A stretch of DNA of 42,333 nt from IMG/VR virus record IMGVR_UViG_3300037419_000510, positions 1 through 42,333 of that record. One strand, given 5' to 3'. Source of the DNA: a virus (lineage: Duplodnaviria; Caudoviricetes). Under the pieces are notes generated by a model. That model saw nothing but the letters and a program-made list of their open reading frames with translations. It was not told the origin of the DNA and made no database searches. Shown piece after piece: positions 15,840 to 25,909 of this stretch. How positions within the stretch are numbered: position 1 is the stretch's first letter; every line of letters begins with the position of its first letter. A program made the position numbers and the translations under genes.

Positions 15840-16267
15840 GTGGCCAACTTCGCGCTGCGCAGCCAAGCGGCACAATCGAAGCTCGGGCACGCCTTCACCA
15901 CTCCCGGCCAGTCACGATGCCCCTGAACAACGATGCCTGGATATTTCTTCTGGTAGGCCGCCACGATCCGCGCCATGGTGGCTTCTTGAGCAGGTGTGCG
16001 GGTGTCCATGGGTTGGGCGTTGTGCGCGTCCATGCCGCCGACGTAGCAGACGCCGATGTTGCCGCTGTTATGGCCGCCGACATGGGCGCCAAGGTGATCG
16101 TCGGGGAGCGTCTGAACGTCGTTTCCGTCCAGCTCCACGACATGGTGATAGCTCACCTGCCCGAACCGGCCGATATCCCATTGGCTGATGGTGGCAGCCT
16201 TCACGTCGCGGCCTTGTGGGGTGGCGGCGCAGTGAATCGTCAAATGCGTGATTGGAAGCATGCTCAT
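15836..16267 (-). CDS. endolysin, N-acetylmuramoyl-L-alanine amidase (T7-lysozyme/Amidase_2 type)
   Basis: IHCAAT, YH, GAHV.GHN..NIGVCYVGG, GHRD, KACPSF zinc-amidase motifs. Confidence 0.93.
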   Translation of the reverse strand: MSMLPITHLTIHCAATPQGRDVKAATISQWDIGRFGQVSYHHVVELDGNDVQTLPDDHLGAHVGGHNSGNIGVCYVGGMDAHNAQPMDTRTPAQEATMARIVAAYQKKYPGIVVQGHRDWPGVVKACPSFDCAAWLRSAKLAT

Positions 16268-16560
16268 GGATGAACCCTCCCTGATGCGATAACACCCCCG
16301 AACAGCGCCTTGGCGAGAAACAGCATCGCACCACCGAACAGGGTGATGATACTGGCCGCACCCGCGAAGAAGCCGAGGCCCTTGGATTGCTGGTTGGTGA
16401 TCTGGGTTATCTGGTTCGACAGCCCATCGATCTTGGTCGAAACATTCCCTACGTCATGTTTTAGCGTCCGAACGTCGGTCTCAAGGGCGCCGATCGACTT
16501 CGCTACTGCCAGGTCGTTTTGGTCCACGGGTCGCAAACCCCCTCTTGCTGGCGGGCTCAT
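16264..16560 (-). CDS. coiled-coil + C-terminal TM protein (holin/XhlA-like)
   Basis: IGALETDVRTLKHDV coiled coil, single TM, directly upstream of endolysin. Confidence 0.6.
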   Translation of the reverse strand: MSPPARGGLRPVDQNDLAVAKSIGALETDVRTLKHDVGNVSTKIDGLSNQITQITNQQSKGLGFFAGAASIITLFGGAMLFLAKALFGGVIASGRVHP

Positions 16561-16934
16561 CAGCTCGTCCTCTTTATCGTGCCGCTGTCGGATGAAGTTT
16601 TGTTCGTCCCGACGCTATCGGTGACGGAATATTCGGCGGTGAATCCCTCAACCTCGTTGACTGAAAAGCCTGACCACCCGATTGTGTTGTGCACGCCGTC
16701 CGGAGAGGCCGTGATGAACAGCTTTCCGCTCGGGTTGCTGGTCAGGGTCATGCCGTCCGAATATGGAGGCGTCCCGCCGCTAGCGATGGCGACGAGGACA
16801 TTAGGAGAAGGTGATGTACCAGAGGCGCCCGCGACGTTAAGGTTTCCACCGGTCCAAGTCAGAGAAACGGATAGAGCCGCTCCACCACCCCCTGAATCCA
16901 CACCAGCCGCAGCGGCCATGCCAATGCCGGTCAC
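16560..16934 (-). CDS. small virion/tail-associated beta protein
   Basis: GTGA coupling to tail gene; Gly/Ser/Thr-rich. Confidence 0.55.
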   Translation of the reverse strand: MTGIGMAAAAGVDSGGGGAALSVSLTWTGGNLNVAGASGTSPSPNVLVAIASGGTPPYSDGMTLTSNPSGKLFITASPDGVHNTIGWSGFSVNEVEGFTAEYSVTDSVGTNKTSSDSGTIKRTS

Positions 16935-17581
16935 GAGACGCCCATCCCGGAAGCGATCCATTCGTCGGTCGCAACCTTGATCAGTGTACAGAGACCGCGT
17001 TGGGCTACGGTGCGATTGCCGGTCGTGGCGGTGCCTGTCAGGCGAAGGGTGACACCGCCTGTTGCCGTAATAGTCTGGCTGGAGCCGCTACCATTATAAA
17101 CTGCGATCGAGTCTCCGAGCGAAAACGGCACGGTCGCGTTAAGCGGAATCGTCCACCCTCCCGTCGTGTTGGCAATCAGAGTGCCAACGTCCGCTATGGC
17201 GATCGTGTAACTTGCCGTCTTCGCGGATAAAGGCATCCCTCGGTTGCCGATTGGGCGAGGACCACCCGCCGCGTCCGCAAAACTCAGCACCCCCGCCGAT
17301 GTTACGCTAATATACGCCCATTGCGTCGCCCCGGTGCTATCGACGAACTGGAGGATGGAATTGCCGGAGGTCGCGTTGCCGGCGACACGAACGCCGCCCG
17401 TCGTCCCGGAATTCGGGGTCCTGAACAGCGCGCCCGTGATCCACGTCGCCACCTGCCCCATGACAGTGCGGATCGCATCGTTGATCCCGGCAGCGGGGCA
17501 GCCTTCAGCGATATTGATGCCCGCAATATCGGTATTGTTGGCGGGCGTGACATCCCAATCCGTGACGAGGTTTTTTGCCAT
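16931..17581 (-). CDS. tail fibre/spike-like protein
   Basis: N-terminal W..TPANN...INIAEGC.AAGINDAIR anchor motif; beta-rich C-terminus. Confidence 0.7.
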   Translation of the reverse strand: MAKNLVTDWDVTPANNTDIAGINIAEGCPAAGINDAIRTVMGQVATWITGALFRTPNSGTTGGVRVAGNATSGNSILQFVDSTGATQWAYISVTSAGVLSFADAAGGPRPIGNRGMPLSAKTASYTIAIADVGTLIANTTGGWTIPLNATVPFSLGDSIAVYNGSGSSQTITATGGVTLRLTGTATTGNRTVAQRGLCTLIKVATDEWIASGMGVS

Positions 17582-17609
17582 GCGGCGCGCTCCGTTCTAA
17601 TGGGCGGAA

Positions 17610-18302
17610 ATGAGAGAGACTGGCCAAATCACGCTGATTCAGACCGCGAGCGGGCCGGATTATGAGGCGATGCTTGCGGCGACGGATCGGGCTCACCGGG
17701 CCTATTGCGAGGCCAATGACGTGACATTCCGGAAGAGTGTGGGCGTCCTGCGAGGCGCCCACCCGTGGCAGGCGAGTTTCAATCGGATCGAGATGCTGCA
17801 CGAGCTGTGCGAGCAGGGTTATCGCGGTTGGGTCATGTATCTCGATGCGGATGCGGTTATTCGCCAGGCCGATTTCGATCTGCGGCGCTTTCTCGGCAAG
17901 CGGAAGGATTATGGTCTAGTCATCTGTTCAGGGCATCCCGAGGCTGAGCCGTGGGAGGTCAACGATGGCGTATTCTTCATCAATCTCGGCACGAACGCGG
18001 GGCGGATGATCGCCCGCCGCTGGCATGGCCTGTTCAGGCTCAACGTAACCGATCAGATGCTCACCGAAGCCGTAGGGCCGTGGCAGCCATTATCGGACAG
18101 CAGGGCCTTCCCCGACGATCAGCACCTGTTGCAGATGGTCTTGCGCGACAACGCCCATTTGATGGCCGAAACGCTGCTTGAAGACCCTCTCACCATGAAC
18201 CACCGGGGAGCGAGGTTCATTCGCCAATTCCTCCGCGCTCACGGTTCGAATGAGCAGAGGTTGGCATGGATCGAAGAGGCCGTGTCCGGTTTCGCTTGTT
18301 AG
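17610..18302 (+). CDS. GT-A fold glycosyltransferase (GT34/MNN10-like), moron
   Basis: WVMYLDADAVI (DxD), VNDGVFFIN, DDQHLL motifs; opposite strand within late operon. Confidence 0.7.
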   Translation: MRETGQITLIQTASGPDYEAMLAATDRAHRAYCEANDVTFRKSVGVLRGAHPWQASFNRIEMLHELCEQGYRGWVMYLDADAVIRQADFDLRRFLGKRKDYGLVICSGHPEAEPWEVNDGVFFINLGTNAGRMIARRWHGLFRLNVTDQMLTEAVGPWQPLSDSRAFPDDQHLLQMVLRDNAHLMAETLLEDPLTMNHRGARFIRQFLRAHGSNEQRLAWIEEAVSGFAC

Positions 18303-18577
18303 GGCCTCCGGAGAGGGTGTATTGGGGCGCTGTGATTTCTCATTATGTCAGCACCGGGATAGGCATTGCGCTTGCGAACGCGATCGGCTTTCCCGCGGTC
18401 AATCGTTACAAGGCGTGGAAGCAAGACCCCTCCCGTGAACGTGTCTGCCGCCGTAACTGGCGGGGTGAATATATCCCAGATTTGGCGATTATCCGGACCG
18501 AGCGGACGCTTTGGACCGTGCTGGCACTGCTCGTCCTGTTCGGTCTCGCATGTGACTTCGTGATCGAGAGTTCTTAG
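18266..18577 (+). CDS. small two-TM membrane protein (moron partner; start uncertain)
   Basis: Two hydrophobic segments; follows glycosyltransferase. Confidence 0.45.
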   Translation: MDRRGRVRFRLLGPPERVYWGAVISHYVSTGIGIALANAIGFPAVNRYKAWKQDPSRERVCRRNWRGEYIPDLAIIRTERTLWTVLALLVLFGLACDFVIESS

Positions 18578-21500
18578 TAGCCTTGCGCTGTTGAAGAGCC
18601 GAAACCACCGCCAAGCATTCCCATGACGCTGGTCGGACGCATCTGCTGGACGAACTGATTACGGGCCGTCAGCTTGGCGAGAAGCTCATCCAATGCGGCA
18701 GAGGCTGATTTCGGGTCGGTATTGAACACCATCGGGGCCAGTTCATCCGCCTTCGCAACGGCGCGACGGCTGTTGAATGCCATGCCAGCGCGGCCTAGCC
18801 CGGCCTTGGCGATGGTCCCAACCGGAACCCCTCCGTGCGCCAGATCGACCGCGCCCGTTACCATATCGCTAACATCCGGGCCGGCGAAAGCTTTGTCCGC
18901 GATCAGGCGCTGCGCCGTCTTGGAGTTGCCGAGGATATCGTTCGAATTACGGGCAAGCTGGCCCTCCATGTCACGCTGAGCGAACAAGTTCGCGTTGCCG
19001 GGATTGTCGGGATAGAGCGCGCCGATGCGCTGTTCGGCCTGGGGATTGCCCAACGTCGCATCGAACGGATTGCTGCCATAGCGAACCTTGTTGGCATTCC
19101 CCATAAGCTGACTGCGAAAGCCGAGTTGCATCTGCGCGAGATTGTCTGGCGTCTGGTTTCCTGCCTGCATGGCGAGTTCATCAGGCGAGAGCGAGAAAGC
19201 ATCCTGACCAGCCGCGAGGGCATCGCGCGCCTGCACGGGGCCAGCATAGGCCTTGCGCGCGGCGGCATAGTGCGGGTTCACGTCGTCAATCCGGCTCAGC
19301 AGGCTGTTCTTCGTATTGTTGATCGCGCGCGTGGCCTCGTTAAGCTGGAGCCTGCCGGTGATCGGATCGCGGTGCTGCTCCAGCGTGTCGTCCAGCCCGC
19401 GCTTCACATAATCAAGCGTCTGGAACGATGGAACCTTGTTCAAGGCCACTTCGCCTTGATCGTTAAGGTCGAAACCCAAAACGCGCGGGTCGCGCCCTTC
19501 CTCTTGGGCGATGGAATATGCGCGCGCCAATCCCGCCTTCATCGAAGGGCGAGTTGAAAGGTCGTCCAGCTTGACCGAGGATGCGCCGGGCTGCGCATAA
19601 GCGGCATCGTAGAGCGGCGCGGCGGCTGTCTGGGCCTGCTGCGTAAGATCTTGGCTGAGCTGCGGAATATTCGCCGTGGGGCCAAGATCGCGATTCACAG
19701 CCGCGCCGAAGCGGTCGATCTGACCACGCGAACGAGGCAGGAAGGCGTTTTCCGCCGTCTGAGCCGCCGTGGGCGAACGACGGACGGCCGATGCCGACAG
19801 TTCGCGCAATTCGGGCGAGGAATCCGCCAGAGATGCGGGGACGCCAAGGTCCGATGCCTGACCAAGGAAGTTCCGGATATCATCTGGACCAGCCTTCAAT
19901 GCCGCGCCGGACAGGTCGCGCTCCGCAGGCGAAAGCGCCGCAGCGGGTACGAGCGGGCGACCTCCGAAAAGGCGACGCGCGCCATTGTTGACCGCCATGG
20001 CCGGCGCGGTACGGGCCAGCGCCCCCAATGGGATCGCGGCAGCCTTCCCTGCGCCCGTGCCGAGCAGTCCGGTCGTGATGCCGAGACCCGCTCCGAAAAC
20101 GCGGTCATCATTGTTCTGGCCGGCCCCGGAAATGCCGCCGTAAGCCGCACCGCCAGCGAATGGGGCCAGCTTGCCCATACCGGCTACCAAAGGCGCGCCC
20201 TTGAGCAGCATGCCGCCAGTGAGCGCCGTAGCGCCAGTGCCGACGATGTTGCCAGCGATCGAGGATTTGGGATTCGTCGCGTATGCGGCGTTCTTCTTGG
20301 CGTTGGCCTCTGCGATCAAATCGGAAATGCTGCCGCCTTGCACAGCCTTATTGATCAGGCCGGTTGCTTCGTCGGTGAACCCGCCAAGGCCACCATCAAC
20401 CGCCGCTCCGATACCGGTTCCGACAGGAGAGGCCGCGAACCTGTTGAGAAGGCCCTGATCCTCGGTCTTGGTCGCCGCTGCAAAGCCGCCCTTATAGTCG
20501 GGGTGTTTGGCCATGTAAGTGCGCGCCGCAGCGGTCTGCTGGGGGTCAATAGGCTTGTGGCCAACCGCGCCCAATGCGGCGTTGATCTGGTCGTCATTGG
20601 CGCCGGAGCGAAGCATCGCGTCCAGCAGGGCGTTGGCCTGCGGGTCGGGTACTTCGCGGGTCTTCCCGGTGGCGAGGGCAACTTGGGGCGCACCCTGTGA
20701 TGCGGGGCCGTAGGGGCTCCCACCACCAGGCTGGCTGCCACCATTACTCCCGGTTGGGCCACCATCGCCGCCGCCGCTCGCATCTGGACCGAGGATTGCG
20801 GAAAACGACTTTTGCGCGTGCGGGTTGAGCAGTTGCACGGGATCGATGGTCTTACCCATGCCCTGCTTATATTGGTCGCCCACAGCTTCAAGGCGCGACT
20901 GGAGCAGGCCCGCGATATTCTTGATGGCGGCCTGTTTCTGCTCCATCGAGGCACTGGGGGAAAGCTCGCTCAGGTAGCGCTTGACATCGGCTTCCGCGCC
21001 TCCCGAGCCGCGAAACACCTGGGTAAGCTCGGAAGCGAGCGCCCCGGAAGTCTGATCGAACAACGTCGGGCCGCTCTTGCCCTCGCCCCGCATAAAGGCG
21101 TTCTGGACCTGGTTGACGGTCGTGGCGAACGGAAACCCACCATGAGAGGCGGTGCCCGCGATCTGATCGTTGAGCTGCCCAAGGTGGCCGATCGCTGTGT
21201 TGAGTGAGCGGATATTGCGCGCGGATTGGCCCGAGGTGAAATCCGCACGGGTTTTCGAGCGGGCGTTGAAGTTCACGGCGTCGAATGCGGGGTCAGCATG
21301 GGCCACATTGGCGAGCATCTGCTGCCAATAAGGCGAGCGCATCGCCGCTCCGGCTGGGAAGGCCATACGTCCATCAACAAGCGCCCTGACCGTCGAGGAT
21401 GTCGCCGGTGGAAGCGCTTTCAGGAAATCGTCGCCCACCAAACGGTCAAGCTGGGGCGGCAAGGTCGCTGCGCCGGAGAGCATCTGCTGTTTTGCGCGCT

Positions 21501-21747
21501 CGGTGGCGAGTTCGATAGACGCGCGAGCCCGCGCCTCTGCGATCGATGCGGGGACACCAGCCATGGACCGGGCGCGCTCGACGGCGGCGGCGTGTTCTGG
21601 GCTGTCAGGACCACCGGGAATGGCGACAAGCGGCTGGACCTCACCCGGCTTCGCGAAACCCGTAGGCGCCTTGGGGCCGGTCCCTGGCGTCTTGTAGACC
21701 GCGTAGGGGTTCGGCTTCTTGAACTGCGCATAGGGATTGCTCGCCAT
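18574..21747 (-). CDS. large internal virion / DNA ejection protein
   Basis: 1057 aa Ala/Gly-rich, NPYAQF N-terminal repeats, last of three ejection-like genes. Confidence 0.75.
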   Translation of the reverse strand: MASNPYAQFKKPNPYAVYKTPGTGPKAPTGFAKPGEVQPLVAIPGGPDSPEHAAAVERARSMAGVPASIAEARARASIELATERAKQQMLSGAATLPPQLDRLVGDDFLKALPPATSSTVRALVDGRMAFPAGAAMRSPYWQQMLANVAHADPAFDAVNFNARSKTRADFTSGQSARNIRSLNTAIGHLGQLNDQIAGTASHGGFPFATTVNQVQNAFMRGEGKSGPTLFDQTSGALASELTQVFRGSGGAEADVKRYLSELSPSASMEQKQAAIKNIAGLLQSRLEAVGDQYKQGMGKTIDPVQLLNPHAQKSFSAILGPDASGGGDGGPTGSNGGSQPGGGSPYGPASQGAPQVALATGKTREVPDPQANALLDAMLRSGANDDQINAALGAVGHKPIDPQQTAAARTYMAKHPDYKGGFAAATKTEDQGLLNRFAASPVGTGIGAAVDGGLGGFTDEATGLINKAVQGGSISDLIAEANAKKNAAYATNPKSSIAGNIVGTGATALTGGMLLKGAPLVAGMGKLAPFAGGAAYGGISGAGQNNDDRVFGAGLGITTGLLGTGAGKAAAIPLGALARTAPAMAVNNGARRLFGGRPLVPAAALSPAERDLSGAALKAGPDDIRNFLGQASDLGVPASLADSSPELRELSASAVRRSPTAAQTAENAFLPRSRGQIDRFGAAVNRDLGPTANIPQLSQDLTQQAQTAAAPLYDAAYAQPGASSVKLDDLSTRPSMKAGLARAYSIAQEEGRDPRVLGFDLNDQGEVALNKVPSFQTLDYVKRGLDDTLEQHRDPITGRLQLNEATRAINNTKNSLLSRIDDVNPHYAAARKAYAGPVQARDALAAGQDAFSLSPDELAMQAGNQTPDNLAQMQLGFRSQLMGNANKVRYGSNPFDATLGNPQAEQRIGALYPDNPGNANLFAQRDMEGQLARNSNDILGNSKTAQRLIADKAFAGPDVSDMVTGAVDLAHGGVPVGTIAKAGLGRAGMAFNSRRAVAKADELAPMVFNTDPKSASAALDELLAKLTARNQFVQQMRPTSVMGMLGGGFGSSTAQGY

Positions 21748-22218
21748 TCACTGACCTCCCAGAACGCGGGCCGCCGAACCGGGGCCGAAATGCTCGTCAA
21801 ACAGCGCGGCCTCGTGGGGATTGGACTTGAGGCGCGCAACCGCTGCCGGATCGATATCCCCGCCAGCGGCTGGCGGATTGTTCGCGTCGATCACCTCTTG
21901 CCCGCTCTCGGGGGTGCCCAGAACCATGTAATGGGGCTGCATGACGGCCTTGAGCAAACGAGCTTGATACTCGGGCGTGCCCGGCCGTACGCCGGTCGCC
22001 GCGATGTTCTGCATGGTGGCCGTGGGGTCCGGATTCTGCTGCTTGTATTGAGCAAGCTGCATCGCGCGCTGGAGTTCCAATTCCTGCTGGCGTTCCTGCA
22101 TCTTAGCGGGGCCATAGACGGGCCTCGCCCCGCCGATATTAGCGAGGGCATCACCGATATAGCCCGCGATGTCACGGCCCGCGCCACCGGGCTTGAAGGC
22201 GTTTCCGAACATGCTCAT
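21748..22218 (-). CDS. internal virion protein
   Basis: Synteny; C-terminal FDEHFGPGSAARVLG. Confidence 0.65.
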   Translation of the reverse strand: MSMFGNAFKPGGAGRDIAGYIGDALANIGGARPVYGPAKMQERQQELELQRAMQLAQYKQQNPDPTATMQNIAATGVRPGTPEYQARLLKAVMQPHYMVLGTPESGQEVIDANNPPAAGGDIDPAAVARLKSNPHEAALFDEHFGPGSAARVLGGQ

Positions 22219-23471
22219 CCGAAGAGCCTCCCGAGGCTGGGTGTAGTGTTGAGACCGCCAAGGGAAAGGCCGCCAAGGGCATCCTTACCGATGTTCGCGG
22301 CACCGGCGCTGCCGGCCATACCAGCGAGCCCGCCAAGCCCTCCGGTCAGGCCACCAAGGCCCCCTGTCGCGAATGCCCCAAGCGCAGATCCGGCAAGGCC
22401 TGAGAGCATCTGCCCGATATTGCCGCTCTGCGTCTGCGTGCTGTTGGTAGTGTTCGTGCCGTATTTCCCCGTCAGGCCATTCACGATGTTCGAGTAGGCG
22501 TTGACCCCCGTGTAGGGGATACCTGCCGCCGTCTGGAGCGCCGCGAGCTGATCCTGCGACAGGGTGCCCGAAAGCCCGAGCGCCTGGAGGATCGAGGATA
22601 TCGAGCCGTTGGCCGCACCAAGCGAGGTCGCGTTATCGGCATTGTTCTGGTTGCCGAGCGCGGTCGCGGCGGCAAGGTGGGAATTGCGATCGTTATTGAA
22701 CGCGGCATCCTTGGCCTGTTGAGCCGACAGGTTGAGCGCGCCGGTCTGATTGTAGAGCGATCCGAGCCCGGTTGCAGCCGACAGGTTGCGGTCCTGCGTG
22801 GCATTATATTCGCTGTCCGACATGCCCGATGCCTGCTGCTGGAGCTGGCGTTCGGCATTGTAATTCTGGTAGCGAAGGCCGTTGTTCGCATCGGCCACGG
22901 ATTTGCCGAGAGCCTGACTGTAGGGCGTGGACATACCCTCGCCCATGCCTGAGGCTGCAAAGCGGGAGTTCTGCGCCTTGGTGGCCGCGTCCGTCGCCTG
23001 CTGCGCCATCGCATCGACATAGGGATTGTTGTCGAGATACTTCCCGCCGATCACGTCCTTGTAATAGCCCGACGTGTCGCCATTCGCCTGACCGTTGGTC
23101 ATGCCCTGCAAGATGGCGAGGGAGGGGTTATTCGCCCCGATCCCGTCATAGTTTCCGGGCGAGGTCGAGCCTTGGGCCAGTCCGGTCAGGGCTCCAAGCG
23201 AAGGATCGTTTGCACCCGCATTCTGAAGGCGGCCATAGGTCTGCCCGGCCTGCGAATTTCCGCCGTAGATATTGGCCAAGGTGTTCTGCTGCGCGCCGAA
23301 GCCGTTCGCCACGTCCAGCGCCTTCGAACCAAGGGCCTGCATGTTGCCCTGGTTGCTGTTCATGATGTTTTGCGCGGAGGTCAGGCCCTGCGTGATGTAC
23401 GGGGCATATTGATCCAGCGGGGACGACGTAGACGTGCTTTGCGTCTTGGCCTTGCTCGACGAGAGTCCCAT
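22215..23471 (-). CDS. DNA transfer / pilot (ejection) protein
   Basis: MGLSSSK..TQST, Q/N/A/G-rich, NPY motif, Gly-rich hydrophobic tail. Confidence 0.7.
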   Translation of the reverse strand: MGLSSSKAKTQSTSTSSPLDQYAPYITQGLTSAQNIMNSNQGNMQALGSKALDVANGFGAQQNTLANIYGGNSQAGQTYGRLQNAGANDPSLGALTGLAQGSTSPGNYDGIGANNPSLAILQGMTNGQANGDTSGYYKDVIGGKYLDNNPYVDAMAQQATDAATKAQNSRFAASGMGEGMSTPYSQALGKSVADANNGLRYQNYNAERQLQQQASGMSDSEYNATQDRNLSAATGLGSLYNQTGALNLSAQQAKDAAFNNDRNSHLAAATALGNQNNADNATSLGAANGSISSILQALGLSGTLSQDQLAALQTAAGIPYTGVNAYSNIVNGLTGKYGTNTTNSTQTQSGNIGQMLSGLAGSALGAFATGGLGGLTGGLGGLAGMAGSAGAANIGKDALGGLSLGGLNTTPSLGRLFG

Positions 23472-23836
23472 TACGCCAGTTCCTTCCGAATGCTTGTTTG
23501 GAATGGCGCGTATCCGCTGCCCTTGAGCGCCTTCGCCCATGCCGGGCGGCTCTCGATTACTGCTCCCAATGCCCCGATCGAGCGCGCCCATGCTTCAGCT
23601 TGCGGGATCAAGACATCGCGGATCGCCGCCACGTCACCCGCCGCCACAAGACCATGAATGTCGAATGCGCCGGTCGGATAATGCCGCAATTCCGCGACGA
23701 TCCCGGCCTTTTCATCGCCCCAGAACCACGCCTGTCCCGACCAGACCTGAGCATCCAGCCATTCGATGCGATACATGCGATCGTCCATCACGCTTTCGAA
23801 GGAGGGCCGCCATTTCTGATAGGCGGCGATGCTCAT
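23471..23836 (-). CDS. hypothetical virion-module protein (acetyltransferase-like fold possible)
   Basis: AEAWARSIGA....ESRPAWAKAL...GY; position typical of podovirus tail modules. Confidence 0.6.
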   Translation of the reverse strand: MSIAAYQKWRPSFESVMDDRMYRIEWLDAQVWSGQAWFWGDEKAGIVAELRHYPTGAFDIHGLVAAGDVAAIRDVLIPQAEAWARSIGALGAVIESRPAWAKALKGSGYAPFQTSIRKELA

Positions 23837-24060
23837 ACCGTGGTCCCCGCCGCGTTCTTCCAAACGGTGCCGTTCCACCATATCGGGACCCCAAGCGTCT
23901 TGTCGTAGAACGTCTGTCCGACAACCGGCCCCAAGGGGCGCTCAGCCGTCGCCCCGGCGCTCAAGGTGCGGCGGATCAGCATGTTGACCGCATCGCGCGC
24001 CTTACGCTTCCATTCGGCCTCGGTGGCCTCATTCTCGCGGATGCCGAGGGGCGTGGTCAT
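23833..24060 (-). CDS. small tail-associated protein
   Basis: GATAERP...VGQTFYDKTLGVPIWWNGTVWKNAAG motif. Confidence 0.7.
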   Translation of the reverse strand: MTTPLGIRENEATEAEWKRKARDAVNMLIRRTLSAGATAERPLGPVVGQTFYDKTLGVPIWWNGTVWKNAAGTTV

Positions 24061-25490
24061 ACCGCGCGGCCCGCGACGGCTTCGACATCGTGGCCCTGGA
24101 TGAACGAATAATTCACCCCTGCCGGGATGGAGAGCGTCATCTGCGTGAGATTCCAATTCTCCCGCACCCGAATGACCCCGCGATCCGTAATCGTGCTGTA
24201 GGTCGTGGCCGTGGGCGCGTGCGACAGCATGTTGCGACCCGACACGGTGAAGGAAACGCTCGGGCTATCGGTGAGCGGGCGAATTGCCCTGATTCTGGCA
24301 TCGTGGCCGGAGATTATCTCATCAATCCCGGTGGTGATCGTAGCGGCCAGATTGGCCCCCGACATGGAGCCGAGGCTGTGCGTGCCGTCGAACATGAGCA
24401 ACAGCGGATAACCACCCCGAAAGGATTCGCTATCGAGGCTGATCGGAATGGTGTCGAGGTTGCCATAGATCACGTCCAGATCCTCAAGGCTGGTCGAGAG
24501 CGACAAAGCCGAGAAGATGAACTCGTTCGAAATCTGCGCCGTGGACCAGCGCTTGGTCGTGTAATTGTACAGGAACAATTGCGTGGTCGGGTCTGACGAC
24601 GGGACCGCCACGATATAGAGCGAGCGGCGCGGATCGACCATCGCGCTCATATTGCTGAAATAGGCTGTGCTGATCAGGCTTTGAAAGGTGCGGTCGACTT
24701 TCTCGCTGCCGATGGGCTCAACCGTCGATCCATCGAACGCCATGAAGCCCTTGTTGGACCAGAAGAACGAGACTCGGCCATAAGTGGCGAGGCTCTTCGG
24801 AGCGAGGCAGCCAACATCGGTCGCGACCTCATCGAACTGCCACACCTTGTCGTCCGCGGTATAGCTCATCCGGACGATGCGGCGCTCTTGGAAGATCAGC
24901 CCGTATTCGCCGCCGACGACGCCGGTCAGATCACCGCCGGAAGGCATATCATATACCCCGGCCTGCGATGCGCCGCCTGGGGTCCAGCTTGCCGGATTAC
25001 CATAGTCCGACCAGGCTATCCGCAGCGGAAGGCCGGCGGCGTATCCAGCGACGACAAACCCCCTGACCACCGCCAGATAGCGCGCCGTGGGAGGCGTGCC
25101 GCCCAATGCCGTCATCGCCGATGGCGAGGTTGGATCGAATTTCTTAATCGCGTCCACGCCGTTCGTGGCGAGCATCAGGCTGTTATAGGGGCAGAAGCGT
25201 ACCCCAATGGCCTGCGTTCCGGAGAGCCCTGAGGCTACCGAGGTGTAGCCGCTGGTCGAATAGGTGTAGATATTGGTGGTGGTGGCCGCGAACAGGTAGG
25301 CCGCCCCGGTATAGCGATATCCCCCTGCACCGATGCACCGCGCCGCCAGTGTCCCGTTCTGCATCGCAGCGAAGGTGCCTAGCGGGGCGTAGCCATTGGC
25401 GATCGGATAGACGCCATCACAGGTTACAAGGCCGGTGTTGAGGTGGGCGGGTTGGTCAGGGAGATATTCGCCGTAGAGGACGCGCGCCAT
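24057..25490 (-). CDS. tail tube/nozzle (packaged-DNA stabilisation) protein
   Basis: 477 aa beta-propeller-like, GEYLPDQP N-terminus, synteny after adaptor. Confidence 0.75.
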   Translation of the reverse strand: MARVLYGEYLPDQPAHLNTGLVTCDGVYPIANGYAPLGTFAAMQNGTLAARCIGAGGYRYTGAAYLFAATTTNIYTYSTSGYTSVASGLSGTQAIGVRFCPYNSLMLATNGVDAIKKFDPTSPSAMTALGGTPPTARYLAVVRGFVVAGYAAGLPLRIAWSDYGNPASWTPGGASQAGVYDMPSGGDLTGVVGGEYGLIFQERRIVRMSYTADDKVWQFDEVATDVGCLAPKSLATYGRVSFFWSNKGFMAFDGSTVEPIGSEKVDRTFQSLISTAYFSNMSAMVDPRRSLYIVAVPSSDPTTQLFLYNYTTKRWSTAQISNEFIFSALSLSTSLEDLDVIYGNLDTIPISLDSESFRGGYPLLLMFDGTHSLGSMSGANLAATITTGIDEIISGHDARIRAIRPLTDSPSVSFTVSGRNMLSHAPTATTYSTITDRGVIRVRENWNLTQMTLSIPAGVNYSFIQGHDVEAVAGRAV

Positions 25491-25909
25491 TAATAGCGCA
25501 CCATCAGTTGGCCGGTGGCGGTGCGATACAGACTTCCAACACCAAGGCCGCCCGTCGTGGCCGCCGTATTGTCCGCGTAAGTCGTGAGCTGCGCCAAGGG
25601 AATCATAATACTTCCGGGGCCGATGGAAAATGCCAGGGAACCGCCGATCGCAAAGGCGTAGGTATTGGTGGCGCGATTAAAGGTGAGCGTATCGCCGCCG
25701 GTATCGAGGCTAATCTGCGGGTTCCCGCCGTTGATTTGGACCAGGAAATTGACGTCCCCCACCTTCAACGGGCCGCCAACGGTCATTCCTCCGGTGATGA
25801 TTGCGCTCGGGGCAGTGATGGCCCCCACGAATGTAGGGGAACCCTCCAGCGTCGCGACCCTCGTAACGAGGGATTCGAACGTGACGGATGCGCTCAGTGC
25901 CTTGCTCAT
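25490..25909 (-). CDS. tail-associated fibre-like protein
   Basis: YADNTAATTGGLGVGSLYRT C-terminal motif; coupled to neighbours. Confidence 0.6.
   Translation of the reverse strand: MSKALSASVTFESLVTRVATLEGSPTFVGAITAPSAIITGGMTVGGPLKVGDVNFLVQINGGNPQISLDTGGDTLTFNRATNTYAFAIGGSLAFSIGPGSIMIPLAQLTTYADNTAATTGGLGVGSLYRTATGQLMVRY

Noticed and set aside
18574-21747. Tape-measure protein
   Set aside because: No major tail or tail-chaperone genes; context is adaptor/nozzle plus ejection proteins of a short-tailed phage
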